A DNA stretch of 58,861 bases from Parachlamydiales bacterium (GCA_020054065.1 JAGVLX010000080.1:1-58861), one strand, 5' to 3'; counted from the stretch's first letter, positions 7,972 through 17,376 are shown. The notes: generated by a model not told the origin, from the sequence alone. Program-made: numbers and translations.

Positions 7972-10164
7972 ATGGCTGTCACACCCCGCATACCCCTCTC
8001 AGAACGTATCCAGAAGCTATCCCAGACTGTTAAGGAATTCCTTGAGACCACTAGTCCGTTTGAAAAAATTGAAATTCTCAACAATTTATCTGAGGTCCAG
8101 GAGTACCTGAAAGGGCACTCGGCGCTCAGCGATGCCATCGAAGGCCTGCCGACCGAGGGCGAGTTGGCTTTGAAATCGATTATCGCCATCGGAGAAGAAC
8201 CGATCCTCTTCCAAGGACTAGATGAACAAGCTTTGGCGAGTCCGGAGTTCAATCTTTTTTTGGGACAGCTGTTGGATGTGGAGAAATCGTATGACACAAT
8301 CGGCGGGATCATTGGATATCATCTGACTGTTTTAAAATTGATTATCGAAAACAATGAAGCTGGCTGTCAGATGGATCATGCCGTGCGCTACTCCAAACCA
8401 GAGGGATTGAATTTGGCCGAGGATAGCGCAGAAATGCGCCAGGCGGTCATCGATGGCCTCGTTAATTTGCCGCAGCTCGCCACCTTTTATCCTGTCGGAG
8501 GCGCCGGCGACCGTTTGATGCTGAAAGATGAAGAGACCGATGAAATGCTGCCCGCTGCGCGGTTGCAATTTGCCGGCAGAACTTTATTGGAGACCAATTT
8601 TCGGGATTTGCAAGGACGTGAATATTTGTATTACAAAGTGTTTGGCAAGCAGCTGTTAACCCCAGTTGCCATGATGACCTCGCACGAGAAAAACAACCAT
8701 GCACATATCGTCAGTATTTGCGAGCATAAGCGGTGGTTCGGGCGGCCGCAGCATTCGTTTTTCCTTTTCATTCAGCCGTTGGCGCCGGTGATCACCAAAG
8801 AGGGACATTGGTCGTTAAAAGCGCCTCTACACCTGAACTTAAAGCCAGGCGGTCATGGAGTGATTTGGAAGCTTGCACACGATGCTGGGGTATTCGAGTG
8901 GCTTAAAACGTTAAACCGATCCAAGGGAATCGTCAGGCAAATCAACAATCCCATTGCAGGAACCGACAACGGAATTTTAGGATTGATTGGCGTTGGATGT
9001 CAAACGGGAAAGAGCTTTGGGTTTGCGTCATGCGACCGTTTGATTCATGCTGCGGAAGGGATGGATGTCTTGGTCGAACGCAAGCAAGAGAGCGGTTATG
9101 AATACTGCATCTCCAATATCGAATATACGGAATTTACTAAAAAAGGATTGGAAGATGTTCCGGAATCTTCCGACAGCCCCTATTCCGCTTTTCCGGCCAA
9201 CACCAACTTGCTTTTTTTTGACATTGCAGCTGTGAATGAGGCTGTCAAACATAATCCGCTGCCCGGCATGGTTTTAAATCTGAAAAACAAAGCCATTTTT
9301 TTGGATCGCGATGGCACGCGTTCCGAGATAGAGGCCGGCCGACTGGAAACAACGATGCAAAATATCGCGGATAGCTTTGCCGATGTATTTACTGAACCGA
9401 TCCATCATGAAACCTATCAAAAATTGCGCACATTTTTAACTTACAATCAGCGCAGCAAAACCATCTCGGTCACGAAGAGAGTATATACTCCGGGAAAACC
9501 CGCCCATGAAACCCCTGAAAACAGTTTTTACGATTATCAAACGAATAACCGCGTTCTGTTGACCGATCACTGTGGCTTTCAAGTCCCCGCTCAAATTTCT
9601 TTAGATGCCTATTTAAAAGATGGACCGCCCCTTATTTTTTTATTCCACCCTGCCCTTGGGCCATTGTGGAGCATCATCGGCCAGAAAGTGCATGGCGGGC
9701 GTCTGGCGCCTAAAGCGGAGATGCAGCTGGAGATTGCAGAACTGGATGTGAAAAATCTGGATCTAGATGGGAGCCTTTACATCCGTGCTCAAGCCGTAAT
9801 GGGTGAAAAAAATACCCAAGAGCTTTTGCGTTACAGTGAAATGTGCGGCAAGTGTGAATTAATCAATGTCACCATTAAAAACAAAGGGATTGATTGGGAA
9901 CGGAGCCTTCCTTATTGGAAGACGCAATACACCTATCATGAAGCGTTGAAGATCGTGCTGAAAGGCACGGGCGAATTTTATGCCGAAAACGTCACTTTCA
10001 ACGGCAACCATCTGATTCAGGTGCCTGACGGCGTACGGATGACCGCCTTTGAAGAGAATGGAGTTTTGCAGTTCAAATCAGAAAAAATAACCAAGCCAAC
10101 CTGGTTTTGGAAGTACGCGATCACCGACGATAAGCGGATTCAATTAACAAAAGTAAAAGTTTAA
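7972..10164 (+). CDS. UTP--glucose-1-phosphate uridylyltransferase-like protein (long, plant UGP3-like form)
   Basis: YPVGGAGDRL nucleotide-binding loop, FIQPLAP, KPGGHGVIWKL, NIEY, FPANTN; 730 aa. Confidence 0.75.
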   Translation: MAVTPRIPLSERIQKLSQTVKEFLETTSPFEKIEILNNLSEVQEYLKGHSALSDAIEGLPTEGELALKSIIAIGEEPILFQGLDEQALASPEFNLFLGQLLDVEKSYDTIGGIIGYHLTVLKLIIENNEAGCQMDHAVRYSKPEGLNLAEDSAEMRQAVIDGLVNLPQLATFYPVGGAGDRLMLKDEETDEMLPAARLQFAGRTLLETNFRDLQGREYLYYKVFGKQLLTPVAMMTSHEKNNHAHIVSICEHKRWFGRPQHSFFLFIQPLAPVITKEGHWSLKAPLHLNLKPGGHGVIWKLAHDAGVFEWLKTLNRSKGIVRQINNPIAGTDNGILGLIGVGCQTGKSFGFASCDRLIHAAEGMDVLVERKQESGYEYCISNIEYTEFTKKGLEDVPESSDSPYSAFPANTNLLFFDIAAVNEAVKHNPLPGMVLNLKNKAIFLDRDGTRSEIEAGRLETTMQNIADSFADVFTEPIHHETYQKLRTFLTYNQRSKTISVTKRVYTPGKPAHETPENSFYDYQTNNRVLLTDHCGFQVPAQISLDAYLKDGPPLIFLFHPALGPLWSIIGQKVHGGRLAPKAEMQLEIAELDVKNLDLDGSLYIRAQAVMGEKNTQELLRYSEMCGKCELINVTIKNKGIDWERSLPYWKTQYTYHEALKIVLKGTGEFYAENVTFNGNHLIQVPDGVRMTAFEENGVLQFKSEKITKPTWFWKYAITDDKRIQLTKVKV

Positions 10165-10230
10165 TGGACGATATGGACTAAATGGACGATATGGACGTCC
10201 ATGCCGTCCATTTAGTCCATATCGTCCATT
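10163..10230. repeat. 9-bp-period ATGGAC hairpin filling a convergent junction
   Basis: 10163..10187 is the perfect reverse complement of 10206..10230 (25 bp); units atggacgat/atggactaa. Confidence 0.9.
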
Positions 10231-11639
10231 TATTGGCACGCTTGATAATTTTCGATGAAGGGGCAGCCGGCGCAGCTGGCTTCATAATGGGTGCAGAAAT
10301 CGCGATGCAGCTGAAAAGCCCCCTGCTCCAACCGCGCTTTTTGGAGGATTTCCCCTTTCACCGTCTCGCCAAAAAAACGATGCGTCAAGTAGCGACTTTT
10401 GCTGTTTTTATTAGCCGGTAAGGCCTGGTAGAACGCTTCAAAGGCTTTCAAATCATTCCCTTTCAAGGTGCGATATAATAAAGGCAAGATCACATTCACC
10501 AACATCGCGGTTTTTAAATCTTGTCCAACCAATGTCATCACCTCTGCGCGCGGCTGCATTTCAAAAAGCATATGCGTGTTCCAATACGGATCGAATCCAC
10601 TTGGTATCGCATCCAATAACGCTTTTCTTAACGTAGCTGCATGATGCAGTTCGGTATTCCATCGATGTAAAATATTTTTCCACAACACATCCAATCGGAT
10701 TTCAGTAAGCAATTTTGCCAAATAGGCAAGCCGGCGCACCGGATGGTTGAGCGGCCGCACCCGGTCGGTTCTTAGGTTGACTTGGATGAGCGTCTGCCCA
10801 ATCTGGCCGCCCCACAAATTCCGCAGGTATTGATAAGCATGGGAGGCACCCCATCGGCTCAAATACGGTTCTTGAAAGTAACCTGAGGCCCCCAGTAAGA
10901 TGGCATGCATGTGCGCTGCATCATCGATGGGAGACTCGGACAATTGAAGATACAAATCCAAAAAAGGTTCCGCATTATGTTTATAGCCCAACGCCATCGC
11001 CAAACCGGCGCCTAGCTGTTTTTCCACGCTACCTGCATGCTGTTCCAAGTATTCCGCTTTTTTAAGCAGCCGGTGATTCGCCGCTGAGGCAAAAAAATAA
11101 CGCGCATCCTCATTCGGCATCGAATTAAAAATCGCATGGGCGCATTTGCCGCTGCCAACAAATTGCTTATAAGGATACAAATCAAGATCAACCAATTGCA
11201 GAATGCGAGCAGGCGGCACAGTCAAACGGTCTTCAAAATAAGCTTGCTGGACAAAGCGTCCTTTTATTGTGGTTAACATGCGTGTGCGCTCTGGCTTCCA
11301 TAAGGAAAGATGCAACATGACTTTCGAATAGTTCGCATCTTGATGATGGCCGTGGTGATACCAATTTTCATCGGCCATATCGATTTCGATATCGCCTTTC
11401 ACTTCCTGACCATCGATCACCAAATGCGCTTTTAAAAAATCGGGACCCGCTTCGGAATTCCAAATGCCGGGAGAAATCACCTGAATGGCATTTCCTTGAG
11501 GGGATAAAAGGGGATGGAAATATTTTTGCTCATACCACATCACCTGCAGATGCCGCTCGTGCAGGAATTGATAAGGGTGCGCCGATTCGGCACACACCGT
11601 TAGCCGATGAGGAAGAACGCGCGAATAGTCAACAGCCAT
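10230..11639 (-). CDS. DUF2851 family protein
   Basis: ERHLQVMW, PGIWNSEAGPDF, GDIEI, WYHHGHHQDANY motifs; C-terminal CxxxxxxCxxCPF. Confidence 0.8.
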   Translation of the reverse strand: MAVDYSRVLPHRLTVCAESAHPYQFLHERHLQVMWYEQKYFHPLLSPQGNAIQVISPGIWNSEAGPDFLKAHLVIDGQEVKGDIEIDMADENWYHHGHHQDANYSKVMLHLSLWKPERTRMLTTIKGRFVQQAYFEDRLTVPPARILQLVDLDLYPYKQFVGSGKCAHAIFNSMPNEDARYFFASAANHRLLKKAEYLEQHAGSVEKQLGAGLAMALGYKHNAEPFLDLYLQLSESPIDDAAHMHAILLGASGYFQEPYLSRWGASHAYQYLRNLWGGQIGQTLIQVNLRTDRVRPLNHPVRRLAYLAKLLTEIRLDVLWKNILHRWNTELHHAATLRKALLDAIPSGFDPYWNTHMLFEMQPRAEVMTLVGQDLKTAMLVNVILPLLYRTLKGNDLKAFEAFYQALPANKNSKSRYLTHRFFGETVKGEILQKARLEQGAFQLHRDFCTHYEASCAGCPFIENYQACQ

Positions 11640-11684
11640 AAAGGCTGCAAGTTAAGCAGAACTCTGCAATGGAGACAATAAAAA

Positions 11685-12737
11685 TTAGTTGGCTTTCGGT
11701 GTCAGCTTGATGTCTTTATAAGACCATAAGCTGTCAGTTGCTGCGGCACCGGAAAGAACCCCTTGATCATTGATGTCATAAATAAAGATGCGGTTCGGCT
11801 TTCTTAGCCAATCATAACCCGCATCTTTATCTAACAACTCATGGATCATTTTCACTTGCCCTTTTTCCCACAAGGCCGAAATAAAATAATTGTATTCAAG
11901 ACGGTACACTTTCCATCCGACGACCTGATCTTTATTGTTCATCCGCGAAGGTTGAAAATCTTCTAAAATCTTTAATCCCTCTTCAGGCGACCAGAAAAAT
12001 CCATGCACATTTTTTGTTTCGCGATCGACATAACGTCCGATGAATGCTCCACGGTCATTAAAATCCATAATCCATGCATCGGAAGTTGGCAGCGTAGACA
12101 AATCGATCATTTGGTAGGTGTCGTGTGCAGGATCATAAATCGCGTAAATGTGTTTATTTTCTTCCGTTTTATACTTACCCAAGATTTCCCCTTTGTTATT
12201 TAAAGCTGTTGCCACGAAGTGATCCATGTTATAAACAGTGTAACGGCTGTTTTCCCAGATGGCAAAAGGCTTAAAATCTTCATAGGATGAAAAGTGAGTT
12301 TGATTAATGACCAAGATTTGTCCTAGGTCATTAAAACCTTTAACCTTCATTTTCTGATCTTTCCACCGTTCGTCTTTAGGCGGTGTCAAATGCTGGATTC
12401 CGGTTACCGGATCGTAAAAGAAGATGTAGTAGTGCGGTTTAAATCCAGCGACAAAATAATCCAACGCAATCTGTCCCTGATTATTGATGATCGGCGAGCG
12501 GAACCAGTACCAATCGGAGACAATGTTTAACCCCTCATAGCCACTGTCTGGATCGTAGCGATACAGTTCAAAACTGTGCCAGAAATTTTCAAAAAACCCG
12601 ACCGATTGCCCATGCTCATTTGTATCTTTCAACAGGCAGCGATTATGCATTTGTTCGACGGTGTAGGTGTCAAACGCAGACAGCTGTCCGCAGAAAAAAA
12701 GGGCTGCTAAAAGTACGCTAGATAGTTTTTTCATCAA
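11685..12737 (-). CDS. Secreted repeat protein (HAF-extracellular-repeat-like, likely beta-propeller)
   Basis: Signal peptide; recurring (I/F/L)N(D/N)xGQ(I/V) motifs; GFFWSPEEG. Confidence 0.65.
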   Translation of the reverse strand: MMKKLSSVLLAALFFCGQLSAFDTYTVEQMHNRCLLKDTNEHGQSVGFFENFWHSFELYRYDPDSGYEGLNIVSDWYWFRSPIINNQGQIALDYFVAGFKPHYYIFFYDPVTGIQHLTPPKDERWKDQKMKVKGFNDLGQILVINQTHFSSYEDFKPFAIWENSRYTVYNMDHFVATALNNKGEILGKYKTEENKHIYAIYDPAHDTYQMIDLSTLPTSDAWIMDFNDRGAFIGRYVDRETKNVHGFFWSPEEGLKILEDFQPSRMNNKDQVVGWKVYRLEYNYFISALWEKGQVKMIHELLDKDAGYDWLRKPNRIFIYDINDQGVLSGAAATDSLWSYKDIKLTPKAN

Positions 12738-12741
12738 TCAC

Positions 12742-13851
12742 TCATCGCTTTGGTTTCAAGATTATGCCTTGCAGGCTGCCAGACCAGAACGCACCGCGTC
12801 CTGAAATCACTCCATCGTCGTTAATGTGATGGAAGGAAAAATATTGATCTCGCCATCCCTGGGATTGCGGATCTTCATCCAACAATGCTTTAAGAAAGTA
12901 AATCTTTCCCTTTTCATAAATGACCATTTCTTCCCACTTCCCGAAATCTTGAGGATCATACCAGGCCAACACTTGATTCTTATTGTTGAGACTGATGGGA
13001 ATCAATGTTTCTAAAATTTTCATTCCTTCTTCAGGCGACCAGACAAACCCCTCATACCGATAGGTGTATTTATTGTAAAAACGTCCAATCACCATCCCGT
13101 TGTCATTAAATCCACGGACGCGAATAGAGTCGCTAGGTAGGCGTGAGATGTCAACAGGTCGGATGGTTTGATCATTCAGGTTAAAAATCCCATAAATATC
13201 CCCATCCCGTTCAGAAAGATATTTGCCAAACACTTCCTGTTGATTATTTAGGTATAAGGCCGAAAAGTTTTTCACTTGATAAACGGTGAATTGATCTGCA
13301 TGCCAAATCGCAAAAGCGGTCGAGAGGGTTGTTTCAGGACGTCTCGCATTGAGAACCAACATCTGCCCATGTTGATTCAAAGAGGTCACTTTCATCACCT
13401 TGTTTTTCCAACGCGGATCTTTCGGAGGAGTGATGTGCTGGCTACCCTTCACCGGATCGTCGAAAAAGATGTAGTAATCTGGATACAACCAGTTAAACAT
13501 CTCATAATCATACGCAACTTGCCCAAGGTCGTTCAGAAAGGGTGCCTCATAAAAGGCGTAAATCCTAAAATTCAATTCCACGGTATAGTTCCCGATCACC
13601 TCTAAATCCTTAAAGCCGCTTTCAGGATCATGCGTATACAGTTGAGGGGCGAATCCGTTGCCAAAATAGCCCACCGATTTACCCGATGAATTCGTCTTCA
13701 TCACCACATTATAAATCCCCCCGGGATAATTCATTGTCTCAAGATGGTATGTGTCGATCGCAGACAGGACGGGAAAAAAGGCGGCCAAAAACAATAAATA
13801 AAAACGGATGAGATATTTTTGCATAAAACTCATTTTGATATAATAATTCAC
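12742..13851 (-). CDS. Secreted repeat protein, tandem paralog of 11685..12737
   Basis: Shares YYIFFxDPVxGxQHxTPPKDxRWK and GFxWSPEEG with its neighbour; signal peptide; NxxGQ repeats. Confidence 0.65.
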   Translation of the reverse strand: MNYYIKMSFMQKYLIRFYLLFLAAFFPVLSAIDTYHLETMNYPGGIYNVVMKTNSSGKSVGYFGNGFAPQLYTHDPESGFKDLEVIGNYTVELNFRIYAFYEAPFLNDLGQVAYDYEMFNWLYPDYYIFFDDPVKGSQHITPPKDPRWKNKVMKVTSLNQHGQMLVLNARRPETTLSTAFAIWHADQFTVYQVKNFSALYLNNQQEVFGKYLSERDGDIYGIFNLNDQTIRPVDISRLPSDSIRVRGFNDNGMVIGRFYNKYTYRYEGFVWSPEEGMKILETLIPISLNNKNQVLAWYDPQDFGKWEEMVIYEKGKIYFLKALLDEDPQSQGWRDQYFSFHHINDDGVISGRGAFWSGSLQGIILKPKR

Positions 13852-13908
13852 AAATTATTATATAAATTTGAATAAACTACAACTATTTTGTGGTTTTATA
13901 TAAAATTA

Positions 13909-13937
13909 TTGATAATTTAAACCTCATTAACTATTAT
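13909..13937 (+). promoter_or_regulatory. Candidate sigma66 (sigma70-type) promoter of prfB
   Basis: TTGATA-17 nt-TATTAT, 24 nt upstream of the prfB ATG; the region is AT-rich, so a chance match is possible. Confidence 0.4.
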
Positions 13938-13961
13938 AGAAGGATAAACCAAGGAATTTTT

Positions 13962-15057
13962 ATGAATAACGACATGACAGAACGCTTAGCCAATCTCAAT
14001 CAACGCCTCCAGCATATGTCGAGGTATCTTTGACATCGCTTCAAAAGAAGCCAAAGTAAAAGAATTCGACGCTCAAATGGAAGCGCCCAATTTCTGGGAG
14101 AATAACGACCGCGCCCAGAAAGTGATCAGCGAAGCCAACCAACTTAAAATCTGGACCACCCCCTACAAAAACCTGGAAGGGCGCCTCGCGACCGTCCGGG
14201 AACTCCTGCCGGAAGCTTCTGCGATGGGCGATCAAGCGCTGGTAGAAGAACTGACCGGAGAACTCACCAAGGTGGAAGAAGGGCTCGGCGAACTGGAAAT
14301 CAAGAAGATGCTTTCCGGGGAAATGGATAACAAAAACTGTTATCTGAGCATCAATTCCGGTGCCGGCGGAACCGAAGCGTGTGATTGGGTGGCCATGCTT
14401 TCGCGCATGTACCAACGATGGGCCGCGCGCAGAAACTGGCAGGTGGAAATGGTGGATGCCCAAGACGGCGACGTCGCGGGGCTAAAAAGCATTACCTTAA
14501 AATTTAGCGGCGATTTTGCTTACGGGTACGCCAAGGCTGAAAAAGGAGTCCACCGGTTGGTGCGAATCTCCCCTTTCGACGCCAACGCTAAACGGCATAC
14601 CAGCTTCGCTTCAGTCGATGTAACTCCCGAGATTACAGATGATATCGCAATCGAGATCCGTCCGGAAGAGATCCGGGTGGACACCTTTCGTTCCTCGGGC
14701 GCCGGAGGGCAGCACGTCAATAAAACTGAATCAGCGGTCCGGATCACCCATCTAGCGACCGGAATTGTGGTTTCGTGCCAGACGCAGCGGAGCCAAGTGC
14801 AAAACCGGGAAGCATGTATGAAAATGTTACGCTCGAAATTGTACGAAAAAGAGGTCACGGAACGGGAAAATGCCCTAAAGGCGATGAGCGGCGAGAAAAA
14901 AGAGATTGCATGGGGAAGCCAAATCCGCAATTATGTGTTTCAGCCCTATACGCTAGTGAAAGATACGCGGACGAAGATCGAAAGCGGAAATATTCAGGCT
15001 GTGATGGATGGGGACCTGGACCCATTTGTCTATGGGTACTTAAAAGAATTTGGTTGA
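13962..15057 (+). CDS. prfB: Peptide chain release factor 2, expressed via programmed +1 frameshift
   Basis: ORF1 MNNDMTERLANLNQRLQHMSRYL ends at CTT TGA C (14028..14034); the +1 frame continues DIASKEAK into the 14077..15057 ORF containing SPF and GGQ motifs. Confidence 0.97.
14021..14034 (+). promoter_or_regulatory. RF2 +1 frameshift site with internal Shine-Dalgarno-like sequence
   Basis: GAGG TAT CTT TGA C matches the canonical prfB shift cassette. Confidence 0.92.
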
Positions 15058-15574
15058 ACGCATGAATAAAGACCTGGAAGAGGTACCGGGGCTGGTACTT
15101 CGGTACACAGAAATGAGCGACGCCAAATACCTGAAAGAGTGGTTAATGGACCCTTCTGTCGGGCGCTGGTTCCCCATGTCCGAGGAGTCTGAAGTGGATG
15201 ATTCGGTCAGCCGGTGGATCGGATTTTCCCGCTATAAGTGCAGTTTGACGGCCGTGATGAATGGGGTTCCCTGCGGACTGGCGACTCTTTATTTGCATCC
15301 TTATCGCAAACTGGTCCATCAATGCGAGTTTGGCATTATTGTCTCCCACCTGTTCCGCGGCAAAGGGGTGGGTAGTCATCTGTTAGCCGGACTGATTAAG
15401 CTGGCGAAGGAGCAGTTTAAAATCGAATTGATTCACCTGCAAGTGTATTCGGAAAATCCGGCGATCAAATTGTATAAACGCTTTGGATTCAGAGAATTTG
15501 GACGGCAAAACACCTGGATTAAAGAGAACGATAAGGTGTACGCCGGCCGCGTCTTCATGGAACGGATGATTTAA
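15050..15574 (+). CDS. GNAT-family acetyltransferase (start may be 15062)
   Basis: FRGKGVGSHLL acetyl-CoA motif; NPAIKLYKRFGF. Confidence 0.88.
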   Translation: MVERMNKDLEEVPGLVLRYTEMSDAKYLKEWLMDPSVGRWFPMSEESEVDDSVSRWIGFSRYKCSLTAVMNGVPCGLATLYLHPYRKLVHQCEFGIIVSHLFRGKGVGSHLLAGLIKLAKEQFKIELIHLQVYSENPAIKLYKRFGFREFGRQNTWIKENDKVYAGRVFMERMI

Positions 15575-15577
15575 AAA

Positions 15578-15650
15578 ACAGGACCAGGACACACACGACT
15601 CACAGGACAAACAGGACCGGTGCTTGCGTCCTGAATGTCGTGAAACTCCA
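15578..15650 (+). repeat. 9-bp-period GAC element with imperfect right arm
   Basis: CAGGACCAGGACACACACGACTCACAGGACAAACAGGACC follows the GNAT stop; then GTCCTGAAT GTCGTG. Confidence 0.85.
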
Positions 15651-15728
15651 GGGTGTCCTCATCTAACCTTATTCCCCTTCACTTTTAAAAGCGGTTTTTT
15701 TAAACTTAATGCTCTTACTTAGACATTT

Positions 15729-15904
15729 ATACCGAAGAAACTTGAAAAATTGGGGATTTGACAAGGAGGCGCCCTGAATTTGAATCAGGCGTCCTCGCCG
15801 GCGCCGAAACAGCTCAACTTGAATAAGTTGAGCGATGCAGGCGGATTCAAAGTCAGAGGCAAGCCGACGATGTCAAAAACCAATTTTTCAAGTTTCTTCG
15901 GTAT
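15729..15904. mobile_element. Non-autonomous MITE-like palindromic element (176 bp)
   Basis: Perfect 25-bp terminal inverted repeats ATACCGAAGAAACTTGAAAAATTGG / CCAATTTTTCAAGTTTCTTCGGTAT; TA at both ends; internal hairpin 15812..15833; no ORF. Confidence 0.8.
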
Positions 15905-15924
15905 GTAACCTTTTTTAGGATCCT

Positions 15925-16581
15925 ATGACATTGCAGCAAGTTTTAGAAAACGCATCGGGCAAAAAATTGAAACTCAAAATCAACAACAACCGTTCGACAA
16001 TGGTCAGTGTGCGGTGGGAAAGCGATTTAACCCGCGTTTCCCTGCACCAAATGTTTTTAGACGCTCCAAAGAATGTCATGGAAGCATTGGCATGCTACAT
16101 CAAAGGAGATGACCGGGTTCTGGCGCCGAGCATCAAAGCGTTCATCCAAAACCAACTCACCCAGCTGCACTACCCTTCTCCCGCTAATTTAAAAACCGCA
16201 GGCAACCATTTCAATCTCCAAGAACTGTATGACAAAGTGAATGCGGAGTATTTTGAAGGACGCGTCAACTTATCGATCACGTGGTTTGGAAAAGAACGGC
16301 AGCCACGTTCTAAAATCGCGTTAGGGTTGTATTATGATCCCATGAAGCTTATCAAGATCAATCGCATTTTGGATCATGCCGATATTCCTGAATACTTAAT
16401 CTCTTTTGTCATCTATCATGAGATGCTGCACCATGTATGCCCTGCGTATGTGGATGCGAAAGGGATCAACCAAGTGCATACTCGCGAATTCAAGGCCCGC
16501 GAAACACAATTCAAAGATTTCGAGCGGGCTCAAGAATGGCTGCGCAAACATTTAAACCGTTTCTTTGGGGAGATAGACTAG
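15925..16581 (+). CDS. SprT-like zinc metalloprotease domain protein
   Basis: LQELYDKVNAEYF, GLYY...IKINRILD, VIYHEMLH (HExxH). Confidence 0.8.
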   Translation: MTLQQVLENASGKKLKLKINNNRSTMVSVRWESDLTRVSLHQMFLDAPKNVMEALACYIKGDDRVLAPSIKAFIQNQLTQLHYPSPANLKTAGNHFNLQELYDKVNAEYFEGRVNLSITWFGKERQPRSKIALGLYYDPMKLIKINRILDHADIPEYLISFVIYHEMLHHVCPAYVDAKGINQVHTREFKARETQFKDFERAQEWLRKHLNRFFGEID

Positions 16582-16582
16582 T

Positions 16583-17317
16583 ATGGCAGGTCATAGCAAG
16601 TGGGCCAACATCAAACACCGCAAAGGGCGTGCCGACGCAAAAAAAGGAAAGATTTTTTCCCGCCTCATCAAAGAATTGATCAGCGCCGTTAAACTTGGCG
16701 GGCCTGACCCCAAGAACAACCCCCGGCTGCGCCTCGTCATTCAAAAAGCCCGCGTCGCCAACGTTCCAGGGGATAATATTGAACGCAACATCAAAAAAGC
16801 GATGAGCGACGATCAAGCGGACTACACCGAAGTCACCTATGAACTCTATGGACACGGCGGTGTAGGGCTAGTCGTCGAAATCATGACCGATAATAAAAAT
16901 CGGGTGTCATCCGACATGCGGATTGCCACCAACAAGCGCGGTGGAACGATCGCCACCCCTGGCGCCGTGACGTTCAATTTTGACCGCAAAGGGGTCATTG
17001 AAGTGCTGCGCGAAAAAGCAGTGGAAGAAGAGTTGTTCACCACCGCCACGGAGGCCGGAGCCCAAGATTTTGAAACGACGCCCGATCGTTATATCATCAG
17101 CACCGATCCAGCCGATTTATTCACCGTCAAAGATGCCCTAAATGCTAAAGGGATTGAATGCGCTGAAGCCAGCTTGGAAATGGTTCCTAAAACCTATATC
17201 GAATGCGATGCCGAGACAGCTAAAGCCAATTTAGATCTCATTGATTGGCTGGAAGAGTTGGATGATGTGGACTGGGTCTACCACAACATGAAAATCCCCG
17301 ACAACATGCCAGAGTAG
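16583..17317 (+). CDS. yebC: YebC/PmpR family protein
   Basis: MAGHSKWANIKHRKGRADAK; YELYGHGGV; TDNKNR. Confidence 0.96.
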   Translation: MAGHSKWANIKHRKGRADAKKGKIFSRLIKELISAVKLGGPDPKNNPRLRLVIQKARVANVPGDNIERNIKKAMSDDQADYTEVTYELYGHGGVGLVVEIMTDNKNRVSSDMRIATNKRGGTIATPGAVTFNFDRKGVIEVLREKAVEEELFTTATEAGAQDFETTPDRYIISTDPADLFTVKDALNAKGIECAEASLEMVPKTYIECDAETAKANLDLIDWLEELDDVDWVYHNMKIPDNMPE

Positions 17318-17376
17318 GAGCAGCGCCTATCTACACTGTCACTCAATTTCCGTGTACGCCCGAACAGCTTCTTGCT

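Noticed and set aside
10182-10421. ORF MDDMDVHAVHLVHIVH...
   Set aside because: Periodic peptide is a translation of the ATGGAC repeat; the rest is antisense to DUF2851.
14077-15057. prfB as a truncated gene or pseudogene
   Set aside because: Explained by the canonical programmed +1 frameshift.
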